Source: Myxococcales bacterium (GTDB taxonomy: Bacteria > Myxococcota_A > UBA9042 > JABWCM01 > BTVJ01). From it: a stretch of 64,000 bases of DNA. Position 1 is the stretch's first letter. Each line of letters starts with the position of its first letter. Location of the stretch: positions 32,001 through 96,000 of the forward strand of contig BTVJ01000014.1 of the NCBI GenBank assembly GCA_045863395.1, given 5' to 3'. Below the pieces are notes generated by a model that did no database searches, had not been told where the DNA came from, and saw only the letters and a list, made by a program, of their open reading frames with translations. This document shows positions 21,501 to 29,378 of the stretch, piece by piece. The translations under genes and the position numbers were made by a program.

Positions 21501-21690
21501 GCAGCGACTGGCAGGGCGGGTCCGCCTCGCCCTGCGCGTTGGCCAGGGTCGCCAGGATGTAGCAGTTGACGTCGCTGACGTTGACCAGCTCGTCGCCGTT
21601 GATGTCCCCGGTGTGCAGGGGCAGGGCGAGAGCGGGGGCGGTCATCGCTGCAATGGCCGCGAGGACGTACAGAGGGGTGCGCAGGGACAT
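15511..21690 (-). CDS. 2059-aa secreted multidomain adhesin/scaffold: 2 dockerin-like, 3 cohesin-like and multiple Ig-like domains, Cys-rich repeats; TMEM132-like core
   Basis: Signal peptide and GGAGG RBS. Dockerins: GDINGD..VNVSD / DLQCDGKINVLD and GDANDD / ADAFPDGAVNVND. Cohesin starts: FQVPV..IGSYDARLFFDP and FTMPVRI..LGAFDLEIHFDP. More than 10 CDDG(N/D)xCTxxDxC repeats. Confidence 0.85.
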   Translation of the reverse strand: MSLRTPLYVLAAIAAMTAPALALPLHTGDINGDELVNVSDVNCYILATLANAQGEADPPCQSLPDADVDLQCDGKINVLDVQQIILIRLVKLSGDEGVTALLAQNDPDLDGLHNGCDPDDDDDGFPDTCEALNGTDPLNPASVPTAINACTCPDKCDIGGLCVADGATKADDPCLVCALATDPVGWTAAPGLPCDDGDLCTTGDVCGAGGCAGAEVTCPDDGDVCTVDVCAPATGLCGLPFVNGAPCDDGDACTLGDTCSAGACAPGAPVTCPDDGNPCTADVCTPATGLCGVAAPGPCDDGNACTLNDACAAGACEPGTPLSCSEDGNPCTAGVCDPQTGACSQVPDNGTPCEDGDLCTTGDACLAGACLPGAPTTCTADGNVCTLDVCDPLTGSCGVAGIDGTDCDDGDPCTALDECGAGVCAGSTGLELCANGADDDCDGSTDEEPCDPIEPGVPWLPVVFSSSVGAASGIVETIGEGKYASAIVGLARPNRSGAVSGEALGVPGGAAPLAVSAGPIGSLDLSLSALTLREDDSLTRAWVTGRDTEGRQAATGTGVTLTVTGAWSGSFSCSLGADGRCETNLNIPGAALSGGGSLSVVATSGPVASAPVAVTAVASPAPLALAPATAGARLPLGPRYAGTTFQVPVLIHSAGQSIGSYDARLFFDPAVLAVTAVAKGAAAPMGLPVHNAGGDANTTGTLAFNAINESVGSPGASGDTVHVATVTFQIKPGATPGAVTQITGLLVDLYSTSLTKLATNAPMVLRDGSGSSTTGQVTVATISVTGLQVWATEHQLVGLAGIPGLARTSQIHVLGLRSDATTTDIAASGGTSCISTNPAVLGVQAGCVAVAGSYGGLASIVVTAAGHTATVPLRVAALELPVDVVLGDPVLQPITGLGGWQSTRARALATFRGGPVSFTVDLGSLVSWSVQGTAATVSPTGAVTAATPGAATIAASVAGQPLGSATVTVSATPVTPVSLDVVLPAKVETLPVSPGTPIAAQVGEVHGRLRATAFLDAEYATVQAHTFLRFSDDGDTNGGSVMDVTGHPWLSFGAEAPGIVTVDEDGLVTAIGSGLTDVQAVLGDGAAGTLAVGEGPINVVLPAASSASLSPATFDLALSPTDTAATHLNLPVTKQLTVTVHYVDGSSTDFTNDPRTQWDATTLDPDDLITVSGSGLVTSTGNGVGTAKVRVTFDTFPAEVFAEATVEVVTHGALQLSAWEPYTPSGPKAPESLLSYIEGTTTRQTALLELVETFSNGASVNITTRPDTVWVVRDPVTKAPKAGVLSISGGVVSAVATGTAEIVGTSVGHASNAVPMDVDGGHVDLVALTATVASGATFSGVKDAGTTQMTVWGTFSDGTRRQLTGANLVAGLLDFASTATQFATISATGLATIRGNGPTSLTVDVANDAGAAFGPPVAVPIACNLTPATGDVDLGDTSGLAHKDRLPNELFTMPVRINTGGAGLGAFDLEIHFDPAVIEAMGVTPGAGLGAGTTFSGNASTTPGTVFINGFSSPTGSPPSGSAVEIAKIQFRAIKSAGPAITPVEGVIKQVVAIDGTTAIGPPTPRNLIAGAGDLDPACPNDPVLGDANDDCSLAANDGLFVQQALAGLVTMTPGQLSKADAFPDGAVNVNDAYFLSRVLARLTHFVSAEATPSGPGQWDLVATIRDREQAPVDTQLAVSFEVRTLANAGALAFSSASVATLDGRMGAGAPMGGGTWATTVSGLTTPEVGVGVVIILDVLDPVGGIVESVAFLGSRVTDPAAGVFVPLVTFDVPQAQCATLDCDDGDPCTTDSCTAEEGCVHSPSVGASCNDGNPCTVDDTCSAAGCAGITITCPPTGDPCTLDVCNPATGACGIPAADSTPCDDGDACTTADVCVAQVCGGTPYAACEDPGYGLLCVLTGEVGETVECQVQLARTAQGDLPAAALQLTLHYDTRLVFNQISDGVHPIFGFPWTIPSPFSSLQSGHSLSMQPNQLSNWVGVGTMILANASDPTVPLTDAWIQQGVVMGDPVLMTLHFTIDQSIPPGAPAEVWVTGVAAADKTSAGLTVGTTFLVIQTSP

Positions 21691-21787
21691 GGGGTCCTCC
21701 CAAGGTGACGGGTGCGCCCAGCATAGACCGCGGGGGAGGAAGGGGACAAGGGATTGCTTGCGGTGCCGGGTGCGTTAGGATGCGCCG

Positions 21788-22477
21788 ATGGCACCACCGA
21801 GGAAACCGAAGCTGCGCACCGTGCTCCTGATCGGGGGCGCCCTGGGCCTCGCCGGCGCCGCGCTCGTCGCAGGGGCCAACGCGTGGGTGCTCACGAGCGG
21901 TGGGGAGATCTTCGAAGCCCCCCCGTCCGTGCCCCCCCGCACCGTCGCCATCGTGCCCGGCGCGCGCGTGCTGCGGGACGGGACCCCGATGCCGGCCCTG
22001 GAGGACCGCCTGCTCGCGGCCCTCGCTCTGTGGCGGGCGGGGACCGTGAAGCGCATCCTCGTGTCCGGCGACCACGGCACGACGGGCTACGACGAGGTCA
22101 ACGGCATGCAGCGCTGGCTCGTCGAGCGCGGCGTGCCCACCGAGGCAATCTTCCTCGACCACGCGGGGCTCCGCACCCTCGACACCATGGCCCGGGCCGC
22201 GAGCGTGTTCCAGGTCAGAGACGCGGTGGTGTGCACCCAGCGCTTCCACCTCCCAAGGGCGCTGTTCCTCGCGCGGCACCATGGCATCGACGCGGTGGGC
22301 CTCGTCGCCGACCGCCGCGAGTACGTGGACGCCCGCCGCGACGCGCTGCGCGAGGTGGTCGCCCGCACCCGCGCGGCGGCGGACGTCGTCCTCGGGGTGG
22401 GCCCCCGCCACCTGGGCGACCCCATCCCCATCGACGGGAGCGCGTCGGCTTCGCATGATCGGTGGAGCCAGCGGTGA
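21788..22477 (+). CDS. SanA/YdcF (DUF218) family protein
   Basis: N-terminal TM; AIVPGA, LEDRL, ILVSGD, YDEV, DHAGLRTLDT, TQRFHLPRA and LREVVAR. Confidence 0.9.
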   Translation: MAPPRKPKLRTVLLIGGALGLAGAALVAGANAWVLTSGGEIFEAPPSVPPRTVAIVPGARVLRDGTPMPALEDRLLAALALWRAGTVKRILVSGDHGTTGYDEVNGMQRWLVERGVPTEAIFLDHAGLRTLDTMARAASVFQVRDAVVCTQRFHLPRALFLARHHGIDAVGLVADRREYVDARRDALREVVARTRAAADVVLGVGPRHLGDPIPIDGSASASHDRWSQR

Positions 22478-22542
22478 GCCGAGAGGCTGCTCCAGGGCGC
22501 CCCTGGGGGCGGGCGGCCTTCACCCTGTCGGTCGGCTCCTGA

Positions 22543-22646
22543 TCAATCCCTCAGCCAGTCCTGGAGCTCGAGCCCCGGGATCCGCCGAGGACCTCCTCCC
22601 GGCCGCGCATGAGGGCGATTCACCCGTACGAGTCCAGCAGCCTCAC
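22543..22646 (-). pseudogene. Collapsed VapC (PIN) toxin relic
   Basis: GTG-RLLDSYG*IALMRGREEVL (PIN N-terminus) joined, in another frame, to RRIPGLELQDW (typical VapC C-terminus); the core is deleted; GTGA overlap with the upstream relic. Confidence 0.6.
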
Positions 22647-22850
22647 AGGTCGCCGTCCCGTCCCGGCGTGCGCGCCGCGTAGATGTCGGCCACCTCGTCC
22701 TCGAACGAGCGGTCTGACGACCAGCCCCCCGCCAGGGCCCGCCAGGCCTCGACGTGCGCACGGGCGCGCTCCTCCGCCGTCTCCATTGCCGCGAGCCCTC
22801 TCTCGATGAGGAGCAGGGCCTCCTGGTTGATGCTCCGGCGCTCCGATCCT
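22643..22850 (-). pseudogene. 5'-truncated ribbon-helix-helix (FitA/Arc-like) antitoxin
   Basis: SERRSINQEALLLIERGL...AWRALAGGWSSDRSFEDEVADIYAARTPGR; no plausible start codon or first strand/helix. Confidence 0.6.
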
Positions 22851-22878
22851 GGATGCCACGGCACGCCGGCGCCGCCGC

Positions 22879-23691
22879 TCAGGCCAGCGCGGGCTGCTCC
22901 GCTGGAGCGGGGGCCGGGGCGGGCTTCGGCGCCGTCTTGGGCTTTGCATCCACCGCGTGGAGCGCCGGGAAGCCGACCTGCGCCCACGGCTCGTGCCGGA
23001 GGAGCCAGAGGGCCGCGGACCGGACCTCGTCGTAGCTCAGTCGCAGCAGCGTGAACACGCGCTCGGGGAGGTCGGCGGGCGTGCCCGGCAGGCGGACGCC
23101 CGCGATGGTCGCGAGGATCTCGTCGCCGTCGCGTCGCGCGTCGCTGGCGTCCGTCGCTTGCCAGTACTTCGTGTCACCTTCGAGCATCGAGCGGTGCGCG
23201 TCGTACAAGACCGCGAGGCGCTGCAGGTCCATGGCCAGGTCCGTGTGTCCGCCGCCCGACCGGATGGACGCGATCTCCGCCCCGGTCTCTGCCAGGTCCC
23301 CGAGATAGTACGTGGCGGCGGCCAACATGCGCGACCGCCGGGAGACTGCCTCCTCCACCAGCTTCACCGGCAGCTTGGCGCTCGTCGCGACGGCGTCCGC
23401 CTGCAGCGCCTGCTGATACAGGTGAACGGCCGCCCACCCCAGATCTGCGAGGCGCGCCAGGTGAACCGGCGAGAGCTCGGCGGGCGGCAGCGCGGCAAAC
23501 CGCGCCGCCAGCGCATCGTCCTCGGTGACCCGCCGCGCCACCCCGATGGCGCGGAGCCCTGCGTTCAGGAGCCCCGCCGTGATCCGCTGCACCTCCCCCG
23601 GTGCCAGAGCCTCCGCCGCCTCCCGCACCGCTGCCAGCGCCGCCTCGCCCCGCGCGGGCGTGTACTCCAGCTCCACCGCGTCCGTCGTCAT
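22879..23691 (-). CDS. Hypothetical helical protein (type seen in myxobacterial accessory regions)
   Basis: 270-aa ORF with GGAGG RBS and high-GC codon usage; Pro/Ala/Lys tail. Confidence 0.7.
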   Translation of the reverse strand: MTTDAVELEYTPARGEAALAAVREAAEALAPGEVQRITAGLLNAGLRAIGVARRVTEDDALAARFAALPPAELSPVHLARLADLGWAAVHLYQQALQADAVATSAKLPVKLVEEAVSRRSRMLAAATYYLGDLAETGAEIASIRSGGGHTDLAMDLQRLAVLYDAHRSMLEGDTKYWQATDASDARRDGDEILATIAGVRLPGTPADLPERVFTLLRLSYDEVRSAALWLLRHEPWAQVGFPALHAVDAKPKTAPKPAPAPAPAEQPALA

Positions 23692-24040
23692 GGATCGCCT
23701 CCCGTGTCGAGCGGGCGCCCGTCCCCCAACCCTAGGGGACCCGCCCGCTCCGCCTTTGACTTCGGTCGCCGAGTGTGCGTCGGTACGGTTGAAAAGGCAA
23801 GCTCCCATTGGGCGTGCGGATGGGGGACGATCCGAGCATGGTTCCGAACGATCCCAACCCTTGCGCAGAGGGTCCAGCCACCCTTCGGTGCAGCGCGTGC
23901 TTCGCGGGGGAGCCACGGAGGGCCGCAGCGGACGATCCGCTGGCGCGCTTGACAGCGGTCGGCGCGGCGCCGACGATGATTCGAGGCCGCTGGCACTGTA
24001 CCTGCTGGAAGCTGACGCCGAGGGTCCAAGGAGAGCCGCC

Positions 24041-24268
24041 GTGCTGAAGTCCGTGCGCGCCATCGTAGACGAAGAGGGGACCGTCCGAGTCCTGGAGCCG
24101 ATGAAGCTCGACCGCCCGACGATGGCCATCCTCACACTCCTCGACGACGGAGACGCTGCTGAGTCGGTCTCTCATCCAGAGACCGCCATCCTGAGCGAGA
24201 TAGCCCTCGATGACTGGAACAGGCCGGAGGAGGACGAGGCATGGGCGCACCTGCAGCCGGATCGGTAG
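24041..24268 (+). CDS. Putative antitoxin partner of the MazF toxin
   Basis: GTG start with AAGGAG RBS; ends in LSEIALDDWNRPEEDEAWAHL, a tail typical of small proteins upstream of PemK/MazF; overlaps the toxin start. Confidence 0.7.
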   Translation: MLKSVRAIVDEEGTVRVLEPMKLDRPTMAILTLLDDGDAAESVSHPETAILSEIALDDWNRPEEDEAWAHLQPDR

Positions 24269-24576
24269 TCCTGCTCCCGTTTCCCTTCTCCGACCTGTCA
24301 CACTCCAAGCGGCGTCCAGCGGTCGTTCTTGCGAGCGTCGGGCAGGGTGACTGCGTGCAGGTGACGAGCAACCCCTATGGAGCTCCCCATGCCATCTCCA
24401 ATGCCGACGGCGACCTCGCCGAGGGCGGCCTGCACCACGAGAGCTTCGCGCGCCCCGGCAAGCTCTTCACGGCGAGCGAGAGCCTCTTCGTTGCGACACC
24501 TGGCCGGCTCCGACCCGCGAAGCATGGGGAGGTGATCGACGCCGTGGTCGGCCTTCTGCGCTTCGGGGCGCACTGA
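24241..24576 (+). CDS. PemK/MazF-family toxin
   Basis: GSVVLLPFPFSDLSHSKRRPAVVL...QVTS...SFARPGKLFT; may have a small deletion before QVTS. Confidence 0.85.
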   Translation: MGAPAAGSVVLLPFPFSDLSHSKRRPAVVLASVGQGDCVQVTSNPYGAPHAISNADGDLAEGGLHHESFARPGKLFTASESLFVATPGRLRPAKHGEVIDAVVGLLRFGAH

Positions 24577-24609
24577 ACGTCCGTCGCGAGGGAGGGTCAA
24601 CCCGGCGCC

Positions 24610-24904
24610 CGGTGGGGGACCGCGCCTTCGGAACGGTAGGGACCGTTCCAGAGGATCGCGAGCGCTCTCCGCGCACGGTGGGGACCGTTCCGCAAGACCA
24701 CCAACGCCCTCCGCGAACGGTGGGGACCGTTCTGCAAGACCACCAACGCCCTCCGCGAAGGGTCCCCACCGTCCCTTGAACCGTTTCAAGCACCCTCCGC
24801 CACCCTCTGGAACGGTGGGGACCGTTCCCCGGACGTGCCCTGGGAACGGTGGGGACCGTTGTGTAGGGCAGGTTGACCACCTCCGCGAACGGTGGGGACC
24901 GTTC
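24610..24904. repeat. Array of palindromic units GAACGGT-GGGG-ACCGTTC, period about 42 bp
   Basis: Units start near 24631, 24673, 24715, 24757 (inverted and degenerate), 24810, 24844 and 24887, plus a degenerate copy at 24610. Confidence 0.9.
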
Positions 24905-24986
24905 GCCGGTCCTTCCGGTCAGCCCCCCGTCCAGGGCGCCCACGCCGCCATTGACCCGGCGGGCGGCCGCTTGCTACAACCGGGCG

Positions 24987-26265
24987 ATGAGCACCGCCTA
25001 CCATGCGCGCTACGGAGCGCTGGAGCTGCGGCGCCGGGGGGTCTCGGGGGAGGTCGAGGCCCTCGGCTCCGCCCTGTTCGACGCGCGCGTCGACCTGAAC
25101 CCGCACCAGATCGAGGCCGCCCTGTTCGGGCTCCGCGCCACGGCAGAGAGCGGCCGGCTCCTCGCCGACGAGGTGGGCCTCGGCAAGACCATCGAGGCGG
25201 CCCTCGTGCTGTGCCAGCGGTGGGCCGAGCGCCGGCGCCGGCTCCTCGTGGTCTGCCCCGCCGCCATCCGCAGGCAGTGGTGCGCCGAGCTGGAGTCGAA
25301 GTTCGGTCTGCCCGTCCGCTTGGTGGAAGGCCGCTCCGACGCCAACCCCTTCGACGTGCCCGCCGTGGCGGTCGCCTCGTACCCCTACGCGGCGCGCCGT
25401 GCCTCGGACCTCGCCGCCGTGCCGTGGGACCTCGTGGTCTTCGACGAGGCGCACCGCCTGCGCAACGCCTGGAAGAGCGACAGCCGCCAGTCGGCGACGC
25501 TGCTCTCCTCCCTTGCGGCGGCGCCCAAGCTGCTGCTGACGGCGACCCCGCTCCAGAGCTCGCTCCTCGAGCTCTACGGGCTCGTCAGCGTGCTCGACCC
25601 CCACGTCTTCGGCGACGTGGATGCCTTCAAGGCCCGCTTCGTGAAGGGCCGCCCCGACCTCGCCGCCCTGCGTGAGCGTTTGCGCGGCGTCTCCAGCCGC
25701 ACGCTGCGCCGCTCCGTGCTGCCCTACATCCAGTACACGAGCCGCCGCTCCCTCACTGAGCGCTTCCGGTCGTCTCCCGAGGAGCGCCGTCTCTATGGGG
25801 CCGTCTCCGAGCTCCTCGCCCGCGACGCCCTCCTCTGCCTGCCTCGCTCGCAGCGGGCGCTCGTGACCATGGTGCTCCGCAAGCTCCTGGCCTCCTCGTC
25901 GGCGGCGATCGCGTCGGCGCTCGGCACCCTGCGGGACCGACTGCATGCGCAGCAGGCCCCCGACCCGGCCGCCTTCGACGACGAGGGCCTCGACCCCGAG
26001 TGGGCCGACGTGGTCGAGGAGCCCGACGCGCCGCAGGAGGCCACTGCCGAGCGCGTCGCCCGCGAGATCGAGGAGCTGGATGGCCTCGTGGCGCTGGCCC
26101 GCTCCATCGGCACCGACCAGCGCATGCGGGCCTTGCTGCGGGGGCTTCGCCGTCGAGGACGAGGTCCGCGCCCGCCGCCGCGAGCTCCTCGACCGCATTG
26201 AGAAGCAGCTCGCTAAGGCCAGCGAGCGGATGCCCGTGGTCACCGTCGCGTTCACCGTCGTCTGA
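24987..26265 (+). pseudogene. SNF2-family helicase with an internal deletion (HelicC domain lost)
   Basis: LNPHQIEAA, LADEVGLGKT, QWCAEL, FDEAHRLRN, LLTATPLQ and LASSSAAI. After MRALLRG (about 26143) the sequence jumps frame to a C-terminal-like FAVEDEVRARRRELLDRIEKQL...FTVV*. Confidence 0.8.
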
Positions 26266-26333
26266 CCCCGTGTGCGGGGCGAGGGGATGTGCTCCCCGGG
26301 GGACGGGCCGCGTCTGACCCCGCGTGCGGGGGG
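26260..26333. repeat. Two copies of the GTCTGACCCCG(T/C)GTGCGGGG REP-like motif
   Basis: Copies at 26260 and 26312, each with a CCCCG...CGGGG hairpin. Confidence 0.7.
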
Positions 26334-26421
26334 AGGAGAGCCCAAGCCAGGGGAGAACGCGGTTGCGCCAATACCCACCGCTGGGCTATGAATGGGCGGG
26401 GCCGTTGCCAAAGAACCACCG

Positions 26422-26936
26422 GATCGGGCAGGGGGCAGACCGTGGAAGAACCCGTCAGCTCGGTTGGAGTCGACGCGGAGGGGCCGGCGACCCCTCTGCG
26501 TGTGAAGGCAGTCCTCGATGCCTTCCAGGGGATCGAGCGACTCGCGACCGAACAGATATCGGTCATCGGGAGCACTGTCGTACACAGCCCCGTGCTGCGG
26601 GTCGGTCGGTCGTCAGACAAGCGGCGAGCGCACTGGGCCGCACGCATCAAGGTCTACGGCGAGCTGCTGGACGTGCCGGCAGTCGAGTCCACCAGACCGA
26701 AGCTCATCCAGGCTCTGGACCAGGGGCGCACCGTCGCAGCGCGCATACACGCACGCTGGGTGCGGGCCGACGACGAGTCCTGGGCCATCGACCTGGCACA
26801 CTCGCGGATCACCGAAGTGACCGACTCCGAGCGCGTCCAGGCCGAGCCAGGCACCTGGAGCACATTGCCCGGCGTCATCTCGCAGTCGCGGGTAGCGCAG
26901 CTCCTGGCGGAGGAGGCAGCCGAGTGGGACGGGTAG
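26422..26936 (+). CDS. Hypothetical protein (start uncertain, possibly a fragment)
   Basis: Protein-like segment of ORF 26289-26936; lower GC than the flanks; its stop overlaps a PIN-like stub. Confidence 0.4.
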
Positions 26937-27020
26937 CCATCGACAGCAATGTCCTCATTCGGGCGCTGGCCGCGATGCCCATGGATGTCGCGGCCGTTGA
27001 TCACGTTACGTCTGCCTGCG
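26924..27020 (+). pseudogene. PIN-domain N-terminal stub
   Basis: GGAGGAGG RBS, then GTG-GRVAIDSNVLIRAL (PIN D-S/T-N motif); it runs into the convergent endonuclease gene. Confidence 0.4.
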
Positions 27021-27022
27021 TG

Positions 27023-27823
27023 CTACGTGGAGACCCTTCGATAGGTGTCAAGGTCGACGCTCGATATCTCGCCCCGTGGAACGAGTTTGTAGTGACGCTC
27101 GTCCACCATTCGAACATCCTCTCCATCAATGGTGAGTTCGAACAAGGCGAGCAACTGGTCCTCGATGAACTGTGCTCCAACCGGACGACAGATCAGTGAC
27201 GGAAACTTCTCCAAGCAGCAGCGGACATCCTGCTTCGTTTGAACAGCACCGAGCTGGTCCGAGCCTCCCTTGGCTTGAATGGGAATGACGAACTGTCTGC
27301 CGTGCTTGTCCACGCCCACATAGACTTCGTCAATCTCAATCTGTCCAATCCCTTTGACGGTCGTGCGAAGATGATTCTGGAGAGAGTACGTGGCAAGACC
27401 AAGAAACAGGTCAATCAACCGATTGTATCGAACCACGGCCAGCAGCGCCTGCTCATCCGAAAGGGAGTATTGAGAGATGATTTCGGGAGTGGCATTGGGA
27501 ATCTAGATCGGTTGAAGCAATGGATTCGGTCGGATTCGGTTGATCGGGACGAGACGGAACGTGTAGGTAGAACGGCCAGTGCCCTCGATGACCCACACCT
27601 TCCCTGCGGGTTGCGTTGCAGTGATCGTAGCGGGCATCGCCGCTCGATATCGAATAGAGTACAGGACGTCACCCAGGTTCTTCGGAAGCTCGATCCCAAG
27701 CGTGACGGCGGCAGCAACGAGGTCTTGCCGGTGAAATGGGACATCCTCGCAGCCGGGCGTGTAGGAGTCCCGGAATACCTTCTCGACCAGCGCCACATAC
27801 CGATTCCGAGTGCTGCTACCCAT
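27023..27823 (-). pseudogene. Putative type II restriction endonuclease with an in-frame TAG at 27503-27505
   Basis: ORFs 27503-28078 and 27023-27436 share a frame: LLQPI*IPNATPEII...RYNRLIDLF...QIEIDEVYVG...IPIQAKGG (PD-(D/E)xK-like). ATG 27823 overlaps the methylase stop. Confidence 0.75.
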
Positions 27824-29153
27824 GGGCTGCGTTGCCTGTCCTTGTTGCCACTTCGATGTCAATCTGTCTGCGCTTCGTTGCGCCGCTCTTGCGGTCCCTG
27901 CGGGCAATGGGACTCTGGACACCCCAATATGCGGCAGCATCCGACACGGACATGGCCAGGAGCCCTGGTGAACCCAAGGGCAGGTGCGCCACGTCTTCGG
28001 GAAGTCGTGACCCGCCGCACAGGTCAACCAATTGAAGGGCGATGGCCCTCGCAAGAGGGGGAGGTACTGAGTTCCCAACCTGGCGTCCGCCGTGCCACTT
28101 GGTCACGTGAAACCGGAACCAGTCTGGATAGCCATGGAGGCGGGCCATCTCGCGTACAGTGATGCACCGCGGATGAGAATAGTGAATCGGGCGGGGGCTG
28201 GTGAACGCGCCTCGCGCTGAATCGGTACCCGCACGAAGCGTGTTGGAGACGCCGTCAGCGGTGAGCTTGTAGAATCGAGAAATCGGCTCAATGGTGCCAG
28301 GGGCCGTTGAAGCAAAGCGTCTGCGAGATATCTCCGAGTGCACGGTGCGCATGCTGGAAGTCATGGTTGTGCAGTCCCAGGAGCGTATGTGGCCGTTGTG
28401 CCAGGAGGAGTCGGAGAGACATCGAAGCTCTCGCGAGTAGAGAGATGCCGGATGAGCAAGGTCGACTCTGACTGTGTCGGAGTCGACCAGGTCGGGAAAC
28501 AGATCGGCGTCGGGCAGGTCCGAAAGGGCATCGCCACACGATGGTCCCAGAACCAAGTCCAGGAAAGAGGATCTGCGTCGTGGCGGCGGTGACGAGACAG
28601 GGGGTGGGTAGCTGGGCACCGGACAGCCCCTTCGTGCGCCCAACAGAATCAGCCGCTCTCGATCTTGCGGTACGCCATAAGCACAGGCGTTCAGTACCTG
28701 CCACGGCGTTCGCACCGTGTACCCATTTCGCTCAAAGGCCAGAACCAGCTCATGCAAGAAAGCACGGTGCTTGCCGACGGTCAGTCCCTTGACGTTCTCA
28801 AATACGAAGTACGATGGCTCCAACTCGAGCACAATCCGCAGAAATTCACGGACGAGTTGGTTTCTTGGATCGTCCAGGGCTCGCTGGCCCATCAAGGAGA
28901 ACCCTTGACACGGGGGACCACCAAAGACAACCGCGACGCCGCGCTTCGCCGCGGACGTTCCCGCCACGATGTCTGCACCTGTAAGTCCGACAATGGAACG
29001 AGGGACAGTCTTGACGTAAGGAAAGTTGTAGTGGTGAACGGCTGCGTGCACGGGGTCCATCTCGACGGCGGCGACGACGTCGAAACCGGCTTGCTCGAAC
29101 CCAAGGGACATGCCCCCAGCGCCTGCAAACAGGTCAATCGCTGTGGGGCGCAT
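27816..29153 (-). CDS. DNA cytosine-5 methyltransferase
   Basis: IDLFAGAGG, GGPPCQGFS, FENVKG, VPQDRER, TVREMARL and QVGNSVPP; clearly lower GC. Confidence 0.95.
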   Translation of the reverse strand: MRPTAIDLFAGAGGMSLGFEQAGFDVVAAVEMDPVHAAVHHYNFPYVKTVPRSIVGLTGADIVAGTSAAKRGVAVVFGGPPCQGFSLMGQRALDDPRNQLVREFLRIVLELEPSYFVFENVKGLTVGKHRAFLHELVLAFERNGYTVRTPWQVLNACAYGVPQDRERLILLGARRGCPVPSYPPPVSSPPPRRRSSFLDLVLGPSCGDALSDLPDADLFPDLVDSDTVRVDLAHPASLYSRELRCLSDSSWHNGHIRSWDCTTMTSSMRTVHSEISRRRFASTAPGTIEPISRFYKLTADGVSNTLRAGTDSARGAFTSPRPIHYSHPRCITVREMARLHGYPDWFRFHVTKWHGGRQVGNSVPPPLARAIALQLVDLCGGSRLPEDVAHLPLGSPGLLAMSVSDAAAYWGVQSPIARRDRKSGATKRRQIDIEVATRTGNAAHG

Positions 29154-29378
29154 CGTACCTCCCGCCACGACTGTGATGCCGTGGTGCTCACTCAGGGGCC
29201 TCTCCCATAGCATGGCTGGAGCTGCTCGTCAAACGTTCAGTACGGCGCGGGCAGCGACACCGGGGGGATGCTCCCGTCCGTACCCACGTCGGGGCGTCGT
29301 GCCGCGGGAAGATCGCGGAGATTCGGGCAGATGCGAACGCGGATCCGTTCGGGCAGCGGTCCGGCAGCCGGCTGTGCG

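Noticed and set aside
24610..24904. CRISPR array
   Set aside because: The 18-bp repeat and roughly 16-35-bp spacers are too short and irregular, two spacers are duplicated, one unit is inverted, and no cas genes are in the window.
27503..27505. Pyrrolysine recoding of the endonuclease TAG
   Set aside because: No pyl genes are in the window and TAG serves as a normal stop elsewhere; a nonsense mutation is simpler.
29268..29378. Genuine N-terminus of the Res protein
   Set aside because: The translation is not protein-like, lacks Walker A, and belongs to the lower-GC inserted segment.
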